Positions 45,724 to 56,663 of a stretch of DNA of 64,000 nt are shown piece by piece. How positions within the stretch are numbered: the first letter of the stretch is position 1; each line of letters opens with the position of its first letter. Location of the stretch: the NCBI GenBank assembly GCA_963771075.1, contig CAVYSE010000014.1, positions 1-64,000 on the forward strand. The letters run 5' to 3'. The translations under genes were made by a program, and so were the position numbers. The notes under the pieces were generated by a model. That model ran no database searches and had not been told where the DNA came from. It saw only the letters and a list, made by a program, of their open reading frames with translations. The stretch comes from a candidate division FCPU426 bacterium. GTDB lineage: Bacteria; Oederibacteriota; Muellerivitia; Muellerivitales; Muellerivitaceae.

Positions 45724-47139
45724 TTAAATATCGTGATAAAGCACGAACTCGTAGGGGTGCGGACGCAAGCGAATGGCATCCACTTCCTTCGTCCGCTTGT
45801 AGTTGATCCATTCCTCGATCAAGTCCTCGGTGAAGACCCCGCCCTTCAACAGGTACTCGTGGTCGTCTTCCAGGGCTTCCAATGCCTCCGGCAAGGAGGA
45901 GGGAACGCTCTTGATCTTCTTGAGTTCGCGTCCTTCCAGCTCGTAAAGGTTCATGTCATGCGGCTTGCCCGGATCGATCTTGTTCTGGATCCCATCCAAG
46001 CCCGCCATCAACATTGCGGAGAAGGCCAGGTAGGGGTTGCAGGACGGGTCTGGCGTGCGGAACTCGACGCGCTTGGCCTTCGCGCTCTTGGAGTAGAGCG
46101 GGATACGGCAGCAGGCCGAGCGGTTTCGCTGGCTGTACACCAGGTTCACCGGAGCCTCAAAGCCGGGGGTCAAACGCTTGTAGCTGTTCACCGTGGGGGT
46201 GATGATCGCGCAAAGCGACGGCGCGTGCTTCAACAAACCACCGATGTAATAGAGGGCATTCTGTGACAATCCGCCGTAGCCCTTCTCGTCGAACATGATG
46301 TTGGTGCTGCCCTTCCACAGAGACTGGTGGACATGCATGCCCGAGCCGTTGTCCCCGAAGAGGGGCTTGGGCATGAAGGTGGCCACCATGTTGTGGCGGC
46401 GGGCCACGTTCTTGACCACATACTTGTACTTCATGAGCTTGTCGGCCATGGTCACCAGGGTGTCGAACACCATGTCGATTTCGGCCTGTCCGCCGGTGGC
46501 GACCTCGTGATGGTGAGTCTCGATCTGGATGCCGATCTCCTGCATGAGGGTGGTCATCTCGGAGCGGATGTCCATCTGGCTGTCGGTCGGCGGAACGGGG
46601 AAGTAACCTTCCTTATTGCGAACCTTGTAGGCCAGGTTGGGATACTCGTCACGGCCGGTGTTCCACAAGCCTTCCGTGGAATCCACGGAATAGAAGCCGC
46701 CGTTCATGGTCTGGTCGAACTTCATGTCGTTGAAAATAAAGAATTCGGCTTCCGGGCCCCAGTAGGAGATGTCGGCGATGCCGGTGGACTTCAGGTAATT
46801 TTCGGCTTTTTGCGCCACATACCGGGGGTCGCGGGAGTAGGATTCACGGGTGACGGGATCGATCGCGTTACAGGTCAGGACCAAAGTGGTTGCCTCAAAG
46901 AAGGGATCGATGAAAGCGGAATTAGGATCAGGAATCAAGAGCATATCGGACTCGTTAATGGCCTGGAACCCGCGGATGGAGGAACCATCAAAACCCTTCC
47001 CATCCTTGAAAACGTCCTCGTCAAAAAATTTCACGGGCGAGGTGGTGTGCTGCCAAATACCGGGAAGGTCCATGAAACGGAAATCGACGTATTTCACGTC
47101 CTTCTGTTTGATCAAATCCATGACTTCCTTGGGAGTCAT
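45724..47139 (-). CDS. glnA: Type I glutamine synthetase
   Basis: [52 protein letters not shown], adenylylation-type NLY motif; GGAGG RBS. Confidence 0.99.
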   Translation of the reverse strand: MTPKEVMDLIKQKDVKYVDFRFMDLPGIWQHTTSPVKFFDEDVFKDGKGFDGSSIRGFQAINESDMLLIPDPNSAFIDPFFEATTLVLTCNAIDPVTRESYSRDPRYVAQKAENYLKSTGIADISYWGPEAEFFIFNDMKFDQTMNGGFYSVDSTEGLWNTGRDEYPNLAYKVRNKEGYFPVPPTDSQMDIRSEMTTLMQEIGIQIETHHHEVATGGQAEIDMVFDTLVTMADKLMKYKYVVKNVARRHNMVATFMPKPLFGDNGSGMHVHQSLWKGSTNIMFDEKGYGGLSQNALYYIGGLLKHAPSLCAIITPTVNSYKRLTPGFEAPVNLVYSQRNRSACCRIPLYSKSAKAKRVEFRTPDPSCNPYLAFSAMLMAGLDGIQNKIDPGKPHDMNLYELEGRELKKIKSVPSSLPEALEALEDDHEYLLKGGVFTEDLIEEWINYKRTKEVDAIRLRPHPYEFVLYHDI

Positions 47140-47270
47140 ATTGTTTCCTCCTATCGAAATTGAGAGCGTGGGTGGGAAAGCGTGGAAAAGCGTTGATCAT
47201 TGGGACACGAAAACGCGAGCAGTCTACCATTCCGAGTCCATCCCCAACACTCCATTGCGCCGTTATTTAG

Positions 47271-47287
47271 AGCAAAAGTCCTGCCAG
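47271..47287 (-). promoter_or_regulatory. sigma54 -24/-12 promoter of glnA
   Basis: CTGGCAGGACTTTTGCT, close to consensus TGGCAC-N5-TTGCW. Confidence 0.88.
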
Positions 47288-47415
47288 AGTAAGGGGAATC
47301 AACTTTACCGTTTCGTTTATGTTTAAAAAAACACTTTTTCCGTTATTATTTTGTGGGTTTTCATCACTGGCCTTTTAAATAACCACGATGAAAAAAACCT
47401 TAGCGATAGAGAGGT

Positions 47416-49011
47416 TTACGACAAAAAAGTAGGCTTATAGCCAATTTTGTATTTTTTTAATTTATAACCCAATTGCCGGGGAGTGATGCCTAAGAGCTTG
47501 CAAGCCCGGCTTTGAATCCCCCCGCTTTTTTCCATCGCCTCCATGACCTTGCGCTTTTCCAGGTCCGTTAAGGTCATGTTGTCACTGGTCCTTAAGTAAT
47601 GACCTTCACCCTCGGCGTTGAATTCTCCCGCCGCATTTCGGTGGATTTCGCCCAAGGTCAAGGGAACCCCATCCAAGGTCAATTCGTTTCCTTTGGCCAT
47701 CACCGCCAGCCTTTCGATTGTATTTTCCAATTCCCTGACGTTGCCCGGCCAGGAATGATTGATCAAGGTTTGGGTGGTTTCGGGATGCATGCGGTAACGG
47801 GTTTGATTTTCCCGGTTGTATTTGGCAAGGAAAAAATTGAGCAGCAGGGGCACATCCTCCTTCCGCTGACGCAAGGGGGGGAGAAAAACAGGAACCACAT
47901 TCAGCCGATAATAAAGGTCCTCCCGGAATTTCCCTTCCCCGATTGCTTTTTCCAGGTTGCGGTTGGTCGCGGCGATGACTCGGACATCGACGGAAAGGGT
48001 CCGGGTCCCGCCCACCCGTTCAAACTTTCTTTCCTGCAGGACCCGCAACAACTTGACTTGGGTGGCGAGGGAAATATCCCCGATCTCATCGAGAAAAAGC
48101 GTTCCCTGATCCGCCAGCTCAAACCGCCCTTTTACCATCTCGGTCGCCCCGGTATAACTTCCCTTCTCATGGCCGAACAGTTCGCTCTCCAGGAGGTTTT
48201 CCGGCAAGGCCGCGCAGGAAACCTTGATGAAGGGTTTATCCGAACGCGGGCTGTTGTAATGGATGGCCCGGGCGATGAGCTCTTTGCCCGTGCCCGACTC
48301 CCCCCGAATAATGACCGTGGAACGGGTGGGGGCCACTTTCAAAACGCTTTTATAGATATCCACCATCGACTTGGACTCGCCGACGATATTCTCCAATCGA
48401 AAACGGCTCTTGAGCTCGGTTTGAAGCTCTAACTTTTCCTGAATCAGCGTCTCTTTGTCCTTCTCAATCATCTGGTGCAGTTTCAAATTCTGCCCGATGA
48501 GCGATGCCACGATTGTCAGGAGACGCACATCTTCGCCGAAGGAAATGTCCGCGTCCTTGAACAGGCGATCCACCGAGAGGACCCCCAGCGTTTCGCCCTT
48601 GATCTTGATGGGCACGCAGAAAAAGGAGATATTCTGTCTTTTGAAATCGCCGCGGGAACGGGTGCGGTTCAAAAACAGGGGTTCTTTGCCGATATCGGGG
48701 ATAAACATGGCCTCCCCCTTTTCCACCACCTTGCCGGTAACTCCTTCCCCGATCTTGTATTTCCCCCGCTCGATCTCGTCCCGGGTGAGCCCGTGGGCCG
48801 ACACGATAGAGAGTTGGTTGGTTTTGGGATCCAACAAAGTCACCGTCCCACGGTTCATGTCCAGGTGCCGTGAGAGGACGTCCAAAATCCCATTGAGGCT
48901 GTTCTTGAAGTCCAGGGTCGAGGCCATCAGATGGGTGATCTCATAGAGGGCCGTCAGTTCCTGAATTTTCCGCAAAAGCTTTTTTTGGTTTTCCTTGTTG
49001 AGGTCGTTCAT
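47416..49011 (-). CDS. NifA-like sigma54 enhancer-binding protein (GAF-AAA+-Fis HTH)
   Basis: GAF ..[70 protein letters not shown]. Confidence 0.93.
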   Translation of the reverse strand: MNDLNKENQKKLLRKIQELTALYEITHLMASTLDFKNSLNGILDVLSRHLDMNRGTVTLLDPKTNQLSIVSAHGLTRDEIERGKYKIGEGVTGKVVEKGEAMFIPDIGKEPLFLNRTRSRGDFKRQNISFFCVPIKIKGETLGVLSVDRLFKDADISFGEDVRLLTIVASLIGQNLKLHQMIEKDKETLIQEKLELQTELKSRFRLENIVGESKSMVDIYKSVLKVAPTRSTVIIRGESGTGKELIARAIHYNSPRSDKPFIKVSCAALPENLLESELFGHEKGSYTGATEMVKGRFELADQGTLFLDEIGDISLATQVKLLRVLQERKFERVGGTRTLSVDVRVIAATNRNLEKAIGEGKFREDLYYRLNVVPVFLPPLRQRKEDVPLLLNFFLAKYNRENQTRYRMHPETTQTLINHSWPGNVRELENTIERLAVMAKGNELTLDGVPLTLGEIHRNAAGEFNAEGEGHYLRTSDNMTLTDLEKRKVMEAMEKSGGIQSRACKLLGITPRQLGYKLKKYKIGYKPTFLS

Positions 49012-49051
49012 CTTTTCCCATTTCGATCGATATTACAAAATAGATAAGCTT

Positions 49052-49081
49052 AATCATTTGTGCATAATTCTACATATTTGT
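49052..49081. promoter_or_regulatory. NifA-type UAS (TGT-N10-ACA) upstream of the activator gene; probable autoregulatory site
   Basis: TGT-GCATAATTCT-ACA at 49059-49074. Confidence 0.55.
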
Positions 49082-49189
49082 CAATCATAGCGAATATCTT
49101 TGATTCTCGAACACTTTCCCTCCAATAAAACCGTCTTAATTTCAACGGTTATTCGCGTAACCTTTTTTTTCATGATATAAAGGCCCATC

Positions 49190-50464
49190 GTGATCCAAAA
49201 ACAACTCTCCCTTTTAATCCTTTCCTGTTTAATAACCTTGCCCGCACTGGGTCAAAAAGCCATGACCTTCCAAGAATGCGTCACGGAAGCAGCCACCCAT
49301 AATTTGGATCTTTTGACGGCCGAGCAAACGGTTAAAGCCGACGAGGCTTCCCACACCGCGAGCTTGGGCCAGTTTTTTCCTCAAATTAGCTTCAACGCAT
49401 CCATAAACCGCTCGGGCCCGGGGGGCCTGACCGACACATTCAACAACCCCGATTTCGGGCAAAATTCCAGCCTCTCCCTGAACGCCACGCAGAACATCTT
49501 CTCAGGTTTTAAGGATTTCGCGGCGGTGGACGAGGCCAACGCCCAATTGGATTTGGCCCGGGCCCAACTCGCCCAAGCCAAGGCCCAGGTATCGCACGAT
49601 TTAAAAAACGATTTCTATCAATTGCTCTACTCCCAAAAACAAATCAACCTCTTAAAGACAATCGTTCAAAGACAAAAGGCGAATATGGATCTTGTGGAAA
49701 TGAACTTTAAGGGCGGGACGGATAACAAAGGCTCTTTTCTCCAGGCCCAAGCGGATTATCAGGAGGCGATCTTCGAGGTGGACCAAGCTCAGCGAAGCTT
49801 AAGGGTTTCCCAAAAGCAGTTGGACCAAGTTTTAGGCCGGAGTCCCATGGAGAAAATCGAAGTTCAGGGCAATTTCGAAACCCCGGCCCTTCCCGGGGGG
49901 ACTCCCGATTTCGCCCAATTGACCGTCGGTTCCCCCGCCCATTTGCAAGCCGTGGCCCAACTCCACATGTCGGAGGGGCAGGACACCACCGCGCGGGGCG
50001 CTTTGCTGCCGACCCTTTCCGCCAATGCGTCCCTTTTCCGGAGCGGCTGGAATTTTGACCAGGGCCAGCCGGGGTGGTCGGCGGGTTTGGAACTGAGCAT
50101 GCCACTTTTCACGGGAGGCAAAGACCTCTTCAACTGGATCGCGGCCGGGGAAACCCTCCAAGCAACACGGGATAGCCTTCAAAGCCAGGATTTAAAAACG
50201 GAAAGTTTGTTGGAAAGTGGTTACGCTTCCTTCGCCAACGCCATCGAACAAATCCATGTATTGGAATCCCAGCTTAAAGCCGTTCAAACCCAGGAAGAAA
50301 TCGCCAAAGCGGAGTATCTAAACGGCCTCTTGATATTCGTAAACTGGAACCAAATCGAGGACAACCTGACGAACCAGCAAAAAGCGGAACTTTCAGGCCT
50401 CTTAAGCGAAAAGACAGCTGAAGCCAATTGGGAGCTGGCGCAAGGAAAGGGAGTGATTCCATGA
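49190..50464 (+). CDS. TolC-family outer membrane efflux protein
   Basis: Two OEP repeats (FFPQISFNAS..QNIFSG; LLPTLSANAS..LSMPLFTGG) and a signal peptide. Confidence 0.9.
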   Translation: MIQKQLSLLILSCLITLPALGQKAMTFQECVTEAATHNLDLLTAEQTVKADEASHTASLGQFFPQISFNASINRSGPGGLTDTFNNPDFGQNSSLSLNATQNIFSGFKDFAAVDEANAQLDLARAQLAQAKAQVSHDLKNDFYQLLYSQKQINLLKTIVQRQKANMDLVEMNFKGGTDNKGSFLQAQADYQEAIFEVDQAQRSLRVSQKQLDQVLGRSPMEKIEVQGNFETPALPGGTPDFAQLTVGSPAHLQAVAQLHMSEGQDTTARGALLPTLSANASLFRSGWNFDQGQPGWSAGLELSMPLFTGGKDLFNWIAAGETLQATRDSLQSQDLKTESLLESGYASFANAIEQIHVLESQLKAVQTQEEIAKAEYLNGLLIFVNWNQIEDNLTNQQKAELSGLLSEKTAEANWELAQGKGVIP

Positions 50465-51468
50465 AAAAATATTCGACTATCCTTCTCATCATCCTGACGA
50501 CTTCGATTTTTATCACGCTTTGCGGATGTTCGGGAAATAAAAAAGGACAGGGTGCCGCCTACCGGCCCGTACCAGTGGTCCGCGATGACCTGCAAATAAC
50601 CGTTTTGGCCACGGGCAATGTCCAACCCAATAATCAATTGGTCATTTACCCCCCCATCTCGGGGCGCATTGAAAAGATATTGGTTCGAGAGGGGGATATT
50701 GTTCAAAATGGGCAAAAGCTCATGGAATTAAGTTCAACCGAACGGGCCACTTTATTGGATGAGGCTGCCGCCCAGGGCCCGGCCGTTTTGGCTCATTGGC
50801 AAAAACTATATGAGGAAACACCCCTTCTTTCCCCGGAAACGGGCCAAGTTGTCTATCTTCCGACGGTTCAAGGACAAATTCTAACCACCGGTACCGAATT
50901 GATGGTCATGTCAGACCATTTAATCGTCAATACCCAGGTGGATGAAACCGATTTGGCTCAAGTAAAAATGAATCAGGTAGCCACGATCACGTTGGACGCT
51001 TATTCTGACAAGCCGATCAGTGGTAAAGTACGGCGTATTTCATACCAATCCACATTGGTCAATAACGTCACAACCTATGAAGTGGATGTTTGGCCGGATG
51101 AAGTTCCCGCATTCATGCGAAGCGGCATGACCGCGAACGTGGTTTTCAATGTCAGTGAAAAAGACAATATCCTTTTGATTCCAAGCGAGGTCATCCAGCA
51201 AACCATGGATGGGCAGTCCTTCGTCCTGAAATCGGGCGCTTCTAGGAATGACAAGCCCCAAACCGTAACCATCCAAACCGGCATCACCGACGGCAAGCAA
51301 ACAGAAGTTCTTTCCGGCTTGAACGAGGGAGATAAGGTTCTAGTTAAGACCTTCTCGGCGGGCCAACTTTCCGCGCAAAATTCGGGAACCAACCCCTTCA
51401 TGCCCGGCCGGCCTGGGGCGAACGGAAGCGGATCCCGACCCGCCGCCGGCGGGGGCGGAGGAAAATAG
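50461..51468 (+). CDS. macA: MacA-like periplasmic adaptor (membrane fusion protein), probable lipoprotein
   Basis: ATG at 50461 after GGGAG; ISGRIEKILVREGD, VDETD, RSGMTANV, TGITDG..EVLSGL.EGD. Confidence 0.85.
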   Translation: MKKYSTILLIILTTSIFITLCGCSGNKKGQGAAYRPVPVVRDDLQITVLATGNVQPNNQLVIYPPISGRIEKILVREGDIVQNGQKLMELSSTERATLLDEAAAQGPAVLAHWQKLYEETPLLSPETGQVVYLPTVQGQILTTGTELMVMSDHLIVNTQVDETDLAQVKMNQVATITLDAYSDKPISGKVRRISYQSTLVNNVTTYEVDVWPDEVPAFMRSGMTANVVFNVSEKDNILLIPSEVIQQTMDGQSFVLKSGASRNDKPQTVTIQTGITDGKQTEVLSGLNEGDKVLVKTFSAGQLSAQNSGTNPFMPGRPGANGSGSRPAAGGGGGK

Positions 51469-51520
51469 CCAAACCATCCTGGCATGAACCGATTGGGCCG
51501 TTTTGATTGAAATTTAGTGT

Positions 51521-53539
51521 GTGAACCAAAGGATGGGTTCCGTCAACTTATGGGAGCATGATTTGAACGTCATCGAAATTAATGATATTTACAAAATTTA
51601 TAAAATGGGCGACACGGAAGTCCGCGCCCTGAACGGCGTGTCCCTTACTATTGGAACAGGAGAATTCGTCGCGATCATGGGCGCTTCCGGAAGCGGGAAG
51701 TCCACCATGCTTCAAATATTGGGGCTCCTCGATACGCCCGATTCAGGCTCCTATAAATTATTGGGTAAAGAAGTTTCTTCCCTTAAAGAAGACGAATTGG
51801 CGGCCATTCGAAGCCAAACCCTCGGTTTTATATTTCAAATGTTCAATCTCCTGGCCCGTACCACATCCCTGGATCAGGTATCCCTACCCCTTCTTTACTC
51901 GGACCCCGATGCCGCCCATGGCGACCCTAAAAAGCTCTTGGAAATGGTGGGATTAGGGGAACGATTAGACCACAAACCCAATGAGCTTTCCGGCGGACAA
52001 CAGCAACGCGTGGCCATCGCCCGGGCGCTCAGCAACCAGCCGAGGGTGATCCTTGCCGATGAACCCACCGGAAACTTGGATTCCAAAAGCTCGGAAGAGA
52101 TTATTGAATTTCTAGGCAAAATGAATGAAAGCGGCATTACCGTTGTCTTGGTGACCCACGAACCGGATATCGCCGCTCACGCCCGGCGGATCATCACCAT
52201 GAAGGATGGAAAAATTCTATCCGATCAGTTAAATCCCCAATCCCATCTTGCTCCTCCACGGACCATTCAATTAGCCGACCCCAAGGATATATCCACCCAC
52301 CACTCCTCGTTTAATTTCAAACAGGTCCGGGATTATTTTCGGCAGGCCTTTCGCTCCCTCATGGCTAACAAGGTTCGTTCTTTTTTGTCGGTATTGGGCA
52401 TCTGGATCGGGGTGGCAGCCGTTATCGCGATGTTGGCGGTTGGCACGGGCGCTCAAAAATCCCTTGAAAAACAGCTGGCCTCCTTGGGAACCAATCTTTT
52501 AATGTTAAGGCCAGGCTCGGTCGCGGTAGGTGGGGTCCAGCAGGGCTTGGGGGGAACGAGCCGGATCATGCTCCAGGACGCCGAGGCGATCGCCAAGGTT
52601 CCCATGGTCAAAAAGATCGCGCCGGAAATATCCGGACGCGTCCAGGCCACCTACGCGGATAAAAACTGGAATACCCAAGTGACTGGCACCACCCCTAATT
52701 ACGCATCCATGCGGGCCGCTCAACCGATTTATGGGCACTTTTTCACAGAGGATGACATTAAAAAGCGAAACCGGGTTTGTCTCCTGGGTTTAACGGTCAT
52801 TAAAAACCTCTTCGGGGACAACGGAAATCCCATCGGCCAGGATATAAAGATCAATCGCGTTAATTTTCAAGTGATCGGCGTTTTGCCCGTCAAGGGAGCC
52901 AATGGCTTTCAGGATCAGGATGATGCCATCGTCGTTCCTGTTACCACCGCCATGTACCGGCTCTTTGGCAAGGAATACATGAACTTGGTAGACATTGAGG
53001 CCGATAGTCCTCAGGACACCGTTCCCGCCGCGGAAGCCGTTAAAGCTTTTATTATGAAGTTGAAACATGTGCCCAACTTGCCGGGCAATCAAGACGCTTT
53101 CCAGGTCCGAAATATGGCGGACATCCAAGCAACCCTGAGCGCCTCGACTCAGATCATGACGGTCCTGTTATCTTGCATCGCCGCCATTTCATTGTTGGTG
53201 GGTGGGATCGGTATCATGAATATCATGTTAGTTTCAGTGACCGAGCGTACTCGGGAGATAGGCCTCCGTAAGGCTTTGGGCGCGCGGCGCTTTGATATTC
53301 TTTCCCAATTCTTAATCGAATCAGTGGCCATAAGTTTTACCGGCGGCCTGATGGGGATTGTATGCGGTTGGCTCGCGACAATTCTTATTTCTCTGTTCGC
53401 GGGATGGGCAACCATCGTGACAGCTACTTCCATTTTGTTGGCTTCCTTTTTTTCCGCCATCGTTGGGATTGTTTTCGGGATCTGGCCCGCCTATAAAGCC
53501 TCCCGTCTTAGCCCCATCCTTGCGCTCCGCTATGAATAA
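51521..53539 (+). CDS. macB: MacB-like fused ABC ATPase/permease (start may be TTG 51563)
   Basis: GASGSGKST, LSGGQQQR, ADEPTGNLD, GGIGIMNIMLVSVTERTREIG, FLIES. Confidence 0.92.
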   Translation: MNQRMGSVNLWEHDLNVIEINDIYKIYKMGDTEVRALNGVSLTIGTGEFVAIMGASGSGKSTMLQILGLLDTPDSGSYKLLGKEVSSLKEDELAAIRSQTLGFIFQMFNLLARTTSLDQVSLPLLYSDPDAAHGDPKKLLEMVGLGERLDHKPNELSGGQQQRVAIARALSNQPRVILADEPTGNLDSKSSEEIIEFLGKMNESGITVVLVTHEPDIAAHARRIITMKDGKILSDQLNPQSHLAPPRTIQLADPKDISTHHSSFNFKQVRDYFRQAFRSLMANKVRSFLSVLGIWIGVAAVIAMLAVGTGAQKSLEKQLASLGTNLLMLRPGSVAVGGVQQGLGGTSRIMLQDAEAIAKVPMVKKIAPEISGRVQATYADKNWNTQVTGTTPNYASMRAAQPIYGHFFTEDDIKKRNRVCLLGLTVIKNLFGDNGNPIGQDIKINRVNFQVIGVLPVKGANGFQDQDDAIVVPVTTAMYRLFGKEYMNLVDIEADSPQDTVPAAEAVKAFIMKLKHVPNLPGNQDAFQVRNMADIQATLSASTQIMTVLLSCIAAISLLVGGIGIMNIMLVSVTERTREIGLRKALGARRFDILSQFLIESVAISFTGGLMGIVCGWLATILISLFAGWATIVTATSILLASFFSAIVGIVFGIWPAYKASRLSPILALRYE

Positions 53540-53692
53540 TCCCAACCCAATGGCTTTGTTGCGGGATATAACCCTTCCCTTCTAACCAAAAATCCCAGTA
53601 GAATCCGAATTTTCCAGCGTCTAGCTCCGTTCCCTTTTAGCAATGTGGCCGTTATAGTAAGGCGGCTTTAAAGCGAAAGACGAAAGGCTTTC

Positions 53693-55462
53693 ATGCGAAA
53701 AATTCACCTTTTTCCGGTCTTGTTCTTCTTGGCGGGTGTTTTCCCTTTCGCTTTTTTTCTTTGGAATTCGCCCAAGGTCTTGGAAAGACATTTTCAAACC
53801 ATCGTTTCGAACGACCCCCAAAACAGCCTTTCCCAAAGTTTAGCCGCGCTTACCAATACCCAAATGCGGTTTCAAAGCGAAATCAACCTCAAGGCCATGC
53901 GGATCGCCTCCTTGGAACCCCTGCGCAAAGCCCTGGGCAAGGCTAAACCAAAATTCGAGGATATCAAGTCTGCCCTGGGAGATGCGCTGGAACCTCCCAA
54001 CAAGACTCAATTAGTCCTGTCGGACGCAAAAGGAAACGCGCTTTTTAACAATTTGGGGATGGCTTTACCCCTTCCCCCGCCAACCCTACTCCCGGATAAG
54101 AAAAGAAAATCCACCCATTCGCCTAGGCCGGCAGAACCCGCCTATCCCTCCATCCTTGACTGGCCGGGGATGGATAAAGCCTTACAAGGCTTCCCGATAC
54201 AGGGTGCCTTCCAGAGAAACGGGCAAGCCTATTGGGGGATCTATTTTCCCCTGACCCAAGCCAAACAAAACCTTAAGGTTCTTGTTTTGGCGTTTCCCCT
54301 CGATAACGCTTGGCTCAAACAACTTTCCCGGGAAACATTGAACGACCTTATTTTTTATTCCCAAGCACAGACCATGGTCACTTGCCAATGCACCGCCCCG
54401 GCTTTAAACCCGGCAAAACTGGTCGCGCCTTCCAGCCACCCTGAAAAAAGGCTCCAAGTCGATTGGGACGACCAGTCTTATTTGGTCGATGGGATTGAAA
54501 TACCAGGTATCGACGGAAAATCATTCGGCACCATCGCATTGTTTCAGCCGGTACGAAAAACGGTAACCGTATTGGGCGACCCCCGATCCGACCTATTGCG
54601 TCTCGGTCTGATCTGCCTGGCCTTGATGGCGGTTTTTTTATTGGCAGTGGGCTGGGGCTATACCTATTCCATGAAACAAGCCTTGGTTTCCATCGCGGGT
54701 ATCAAATACGGCTCGTCTAACACGGGCCTTCCTGTCAATCGAATCGACGAATGGGGCCGGATGGCGCGTTCCCTCCAGGAAATGCGGGATCGTTTCAAGG
54801 AAAAAGAGCGAGTTTCACTCATTTTGGGAAAATACATGGCTCCCGACGTCGCCAAAAAGCTCTTGGTGGAAAAAAACTTTTTTGCCTTGGAGGGGGAGAC
54901 CCGCGGATGCGTCTTGATGGCGGTTGTCCTTCGGCAGCTCGAATCCCTGGAATTCACCACCCCTCCCAAGGTTTGGTTGGAAACGCTCAATGAGTATTTC
55001 ACGCTGATCCATGAGTCCGTTGCCCGCCACGAGGGATTAATGGATTATTTTTTGGGAAACCAAGCGCACGCGGCTTGGGGGGTTCCCTTCGCGTTGGAAG
55101 ATATGGTTGGAAAGGCATGCAGTTGCGCCACCGAGATCATGGAGCACTTGACTTCCCTCAACATTGAAAAAATTTCCAGAAATGAACCTAGGATTGAACT
55201 TTCCATTGGGCTTCATTATGGCCCCGTCGTTGCCGGAAACATCGGATCAGACCGCTTTTATGGTTATTCGGTAATCGGACGTTCTGTCGAGATCGCCCAA
55301 GAACTCGCTAAACATGCCGACTCCCGGCAAATCCTGGCCTCCAGCGATTTTAGCCGGAAAGTCCACGATCCTTTTTCCACTTCACCCCTTCCCAGTTTCA
55401 AAAGCGGGGAATTGGGTGAATTGGCTCCGTTCCAAATCACCGCCGCCTCACCCAAAACATAG
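53693..55462 (+). CDS. Membrane class III nucleotide-cyclase-like protein (periplasmic sensor, HAMP) with a degenerate active site
   Basis: HAMP-like RIDEWGRMARSL; LNEYF..V.RHEG; IGLHYGPVVAGNIGS..YSVIG. Confidence 0.85.
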   Translation: MRKIHLFPVLFFLAGVFPFAFFLWNSPKVLERHFQTIVSNDPQNSLSQSLAALTNTQMRFQSEINLKAMRIASLEPLRKALGKAKPKFEDIKSALGDALEPPNKTQLVLSDAKGNALFNNLGMALPLPPPTLLPDKKRKSTHSPRPAEPAYPSILDWPGMDKALQGFPIQGAFQRNGQAYWGIYFPLTQAKQNLKVLVLAFPLDNAWLKQLSRETLNDLIFYSQAQTMVTCQCTAPALNPAKLVAPSSHPEKRLQVDWDDQSYLVDGIEIPGIDGKSFGTIALFQPVRKTVTVLGDPRSDLLRLGLICLALMAVFLLAVGWGYTYSMKQALVSIAGIKYGSSNTGLPVNRIDEWGRMARSLQEMRDRFKEKERVSLILGKYMAPDVAKKLLVEKNFFALEGETRGCVLMAVVLRQLESLEFTTPPKVWLETLNEYFTLIHESVARHEGLMDYFLGNQAHAAWGVPFALEDMVGKACSCATEIMEHLTSLNIEKISRNEPRIELSIGLHYGPVVAGNIGSDRFYGYSVIGRSVEIAQELAKHADSRQILASSDFSRKVHDPFSTSPLPSFKSGELGELAPFQITAASPKT

Positions 55463-55512
55463 TTTTCGTTTCAACGGTTTCAAATTCCATTTCCAAGTAC
55501 AACAAGGAACCC

Positions 55513-56595
55513 ATGTCCACCGACCGGCCCATCCATTCGAAACATTCCTTTCACCAAAAATTGCTCCAGTGGTACGACCGAAACCGGAGAGATCTTCCCT
55601 GGAGAAAAACAAAAAATCCTTACCATACCTTCGTCTCCGAAATGATGCTCCAGCAAACTCAAGTGAAGACCGTCATCCCCTTTTTCGAAAGGTTCATTCG
55701 GGAATTGCCGAATTGGAATGCCTTGGCAACAACCTCCGAGGAGAGGGTACTCAAACTTTGGGAAGGTTTGGGATATTACCGTCGGGCCAAAAATTTGAGA
55801 GCCGCGGCCAAGAGGGTGGTTTTGGAGTTTGATGGACGATTGCCCCAACAAATGAACGACATTCTTGGTCTGCCTGGAGTGGGTCCCTATAGCGCCGGTG
55901 CCATCCTATCCATTGCTTTTCAAAAACCCCTTCCAGTGGTGGATGGAAACGTGATAAGGGTCTTTTCCAGGTTGTTCTTGTTAAAAGGGAACCTTAAATC
56001 AGGCCTCGGGTCAAAAAAGGTCTGGGAATTGGCGAAAGTAATGGTTCCTGCCAAAAGACCCGGCGATTATAACCAAGCACTAATGGAACTCGGAGCCACC
56101 CTTTGCCACCCCGAAGAACCTCTATGCCTGCGTTGCCCAGTTCGTTCCCTTTGCGAGGCGGCCCGGCACGGGATACAAAACCTACTGCCCCAACCGGAGA
56201 AAACCCGAAAGACCGTCGAAATTCAAATGGCGGTCATTTTAGTTTTAAAAGGCAATAAATGGCTCACTCGGAAAAGGGATGAATCGGAAAGATGGATGCA
56301 GGGAATGTGGGAATTTCCATCAAGCGAGGGCAAAAACTTCGAGGACGCCCTTCGGAAATTGGAAAAACAATGGAAGGTCAAGGCCCGCCGAAAGGTTTTA
56401 AAAGAAGTAAGGCATCAAATTACCCATCATAAGATCAAGCTAAGGCTTTATCAGGCCCAAACCGCCGGAGCCCCAACGGCCAAAAGAGCGATTTGGGTTT
56501 CCTATCGTCAATTGGTCGGACTTCCCTTCGCAAGCGCCCAAAATAAACTGAGGGAATGGGCCAAAACCCAAAAGCTCCCGATACTAAAGATTTAG
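55513..56595 (+). CDS. mutY: A/G-specific adenine glycosylase
   Basis: RDLPWR, VSEMMLQQTQV, WEGLGYY, LPGVGPY, VDGNV, FeS motif C-x6-C-x2-C-x5-C. Confidence 0.97.
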   Translation: MSTDRPIHSKHSFHQKLLQWYDRNRRDLPWRKTKNPYHTFVSEMMLQQTQVKTVIPFFERFIRELPNWNALATTSEERVLKLWEGLGYYRRAKNLRAAAKRVVLEFDGRLPQQMNDILGLPGVGPYSAGAILSIAFQKPLPVVDGNVIRVFSRLFLLKGNLKSGLGSKKVWELAKVMVPAKRPGDYNQALMELGATLCHPEEPLCLRCPVRSLCEAARHGIQNLLPQPEKTRKTVEIQMAVILVLKGNKWLTRKRDESERWMQGMWEFPSSEGKNFEDALRKLEKQWKVKARRKVLKEVRHQITHHKIKLRLYQAQTAGAPTAKRAIWVSYRQLVGLPFASAQNKLREWAKTQKLPILKI

Positions 56596-56663
56596 CATTT
56601 GTAAAACAACTTTGCTTTCCTCCCCCGGTCTTCGTCTCTTCGCGATGAAAGTTTGGGATTGAG

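Noticed and set aside
47140..47265. ANTAR dual hairpin or glutamine riboswitch in the glnA leader
   Set aside because: Only one plausible hexaloop hairpin (GCGC-AAUGGA-GUGU); no second hairpin or terminator and no recognisable glnA-motif match. An Infernal/Rfam search would be needed.
47416..49011. Calling the activator nifA or inferring nitrogen fixation
   Set aside because: The architecture matches but no nif genes are present in the window
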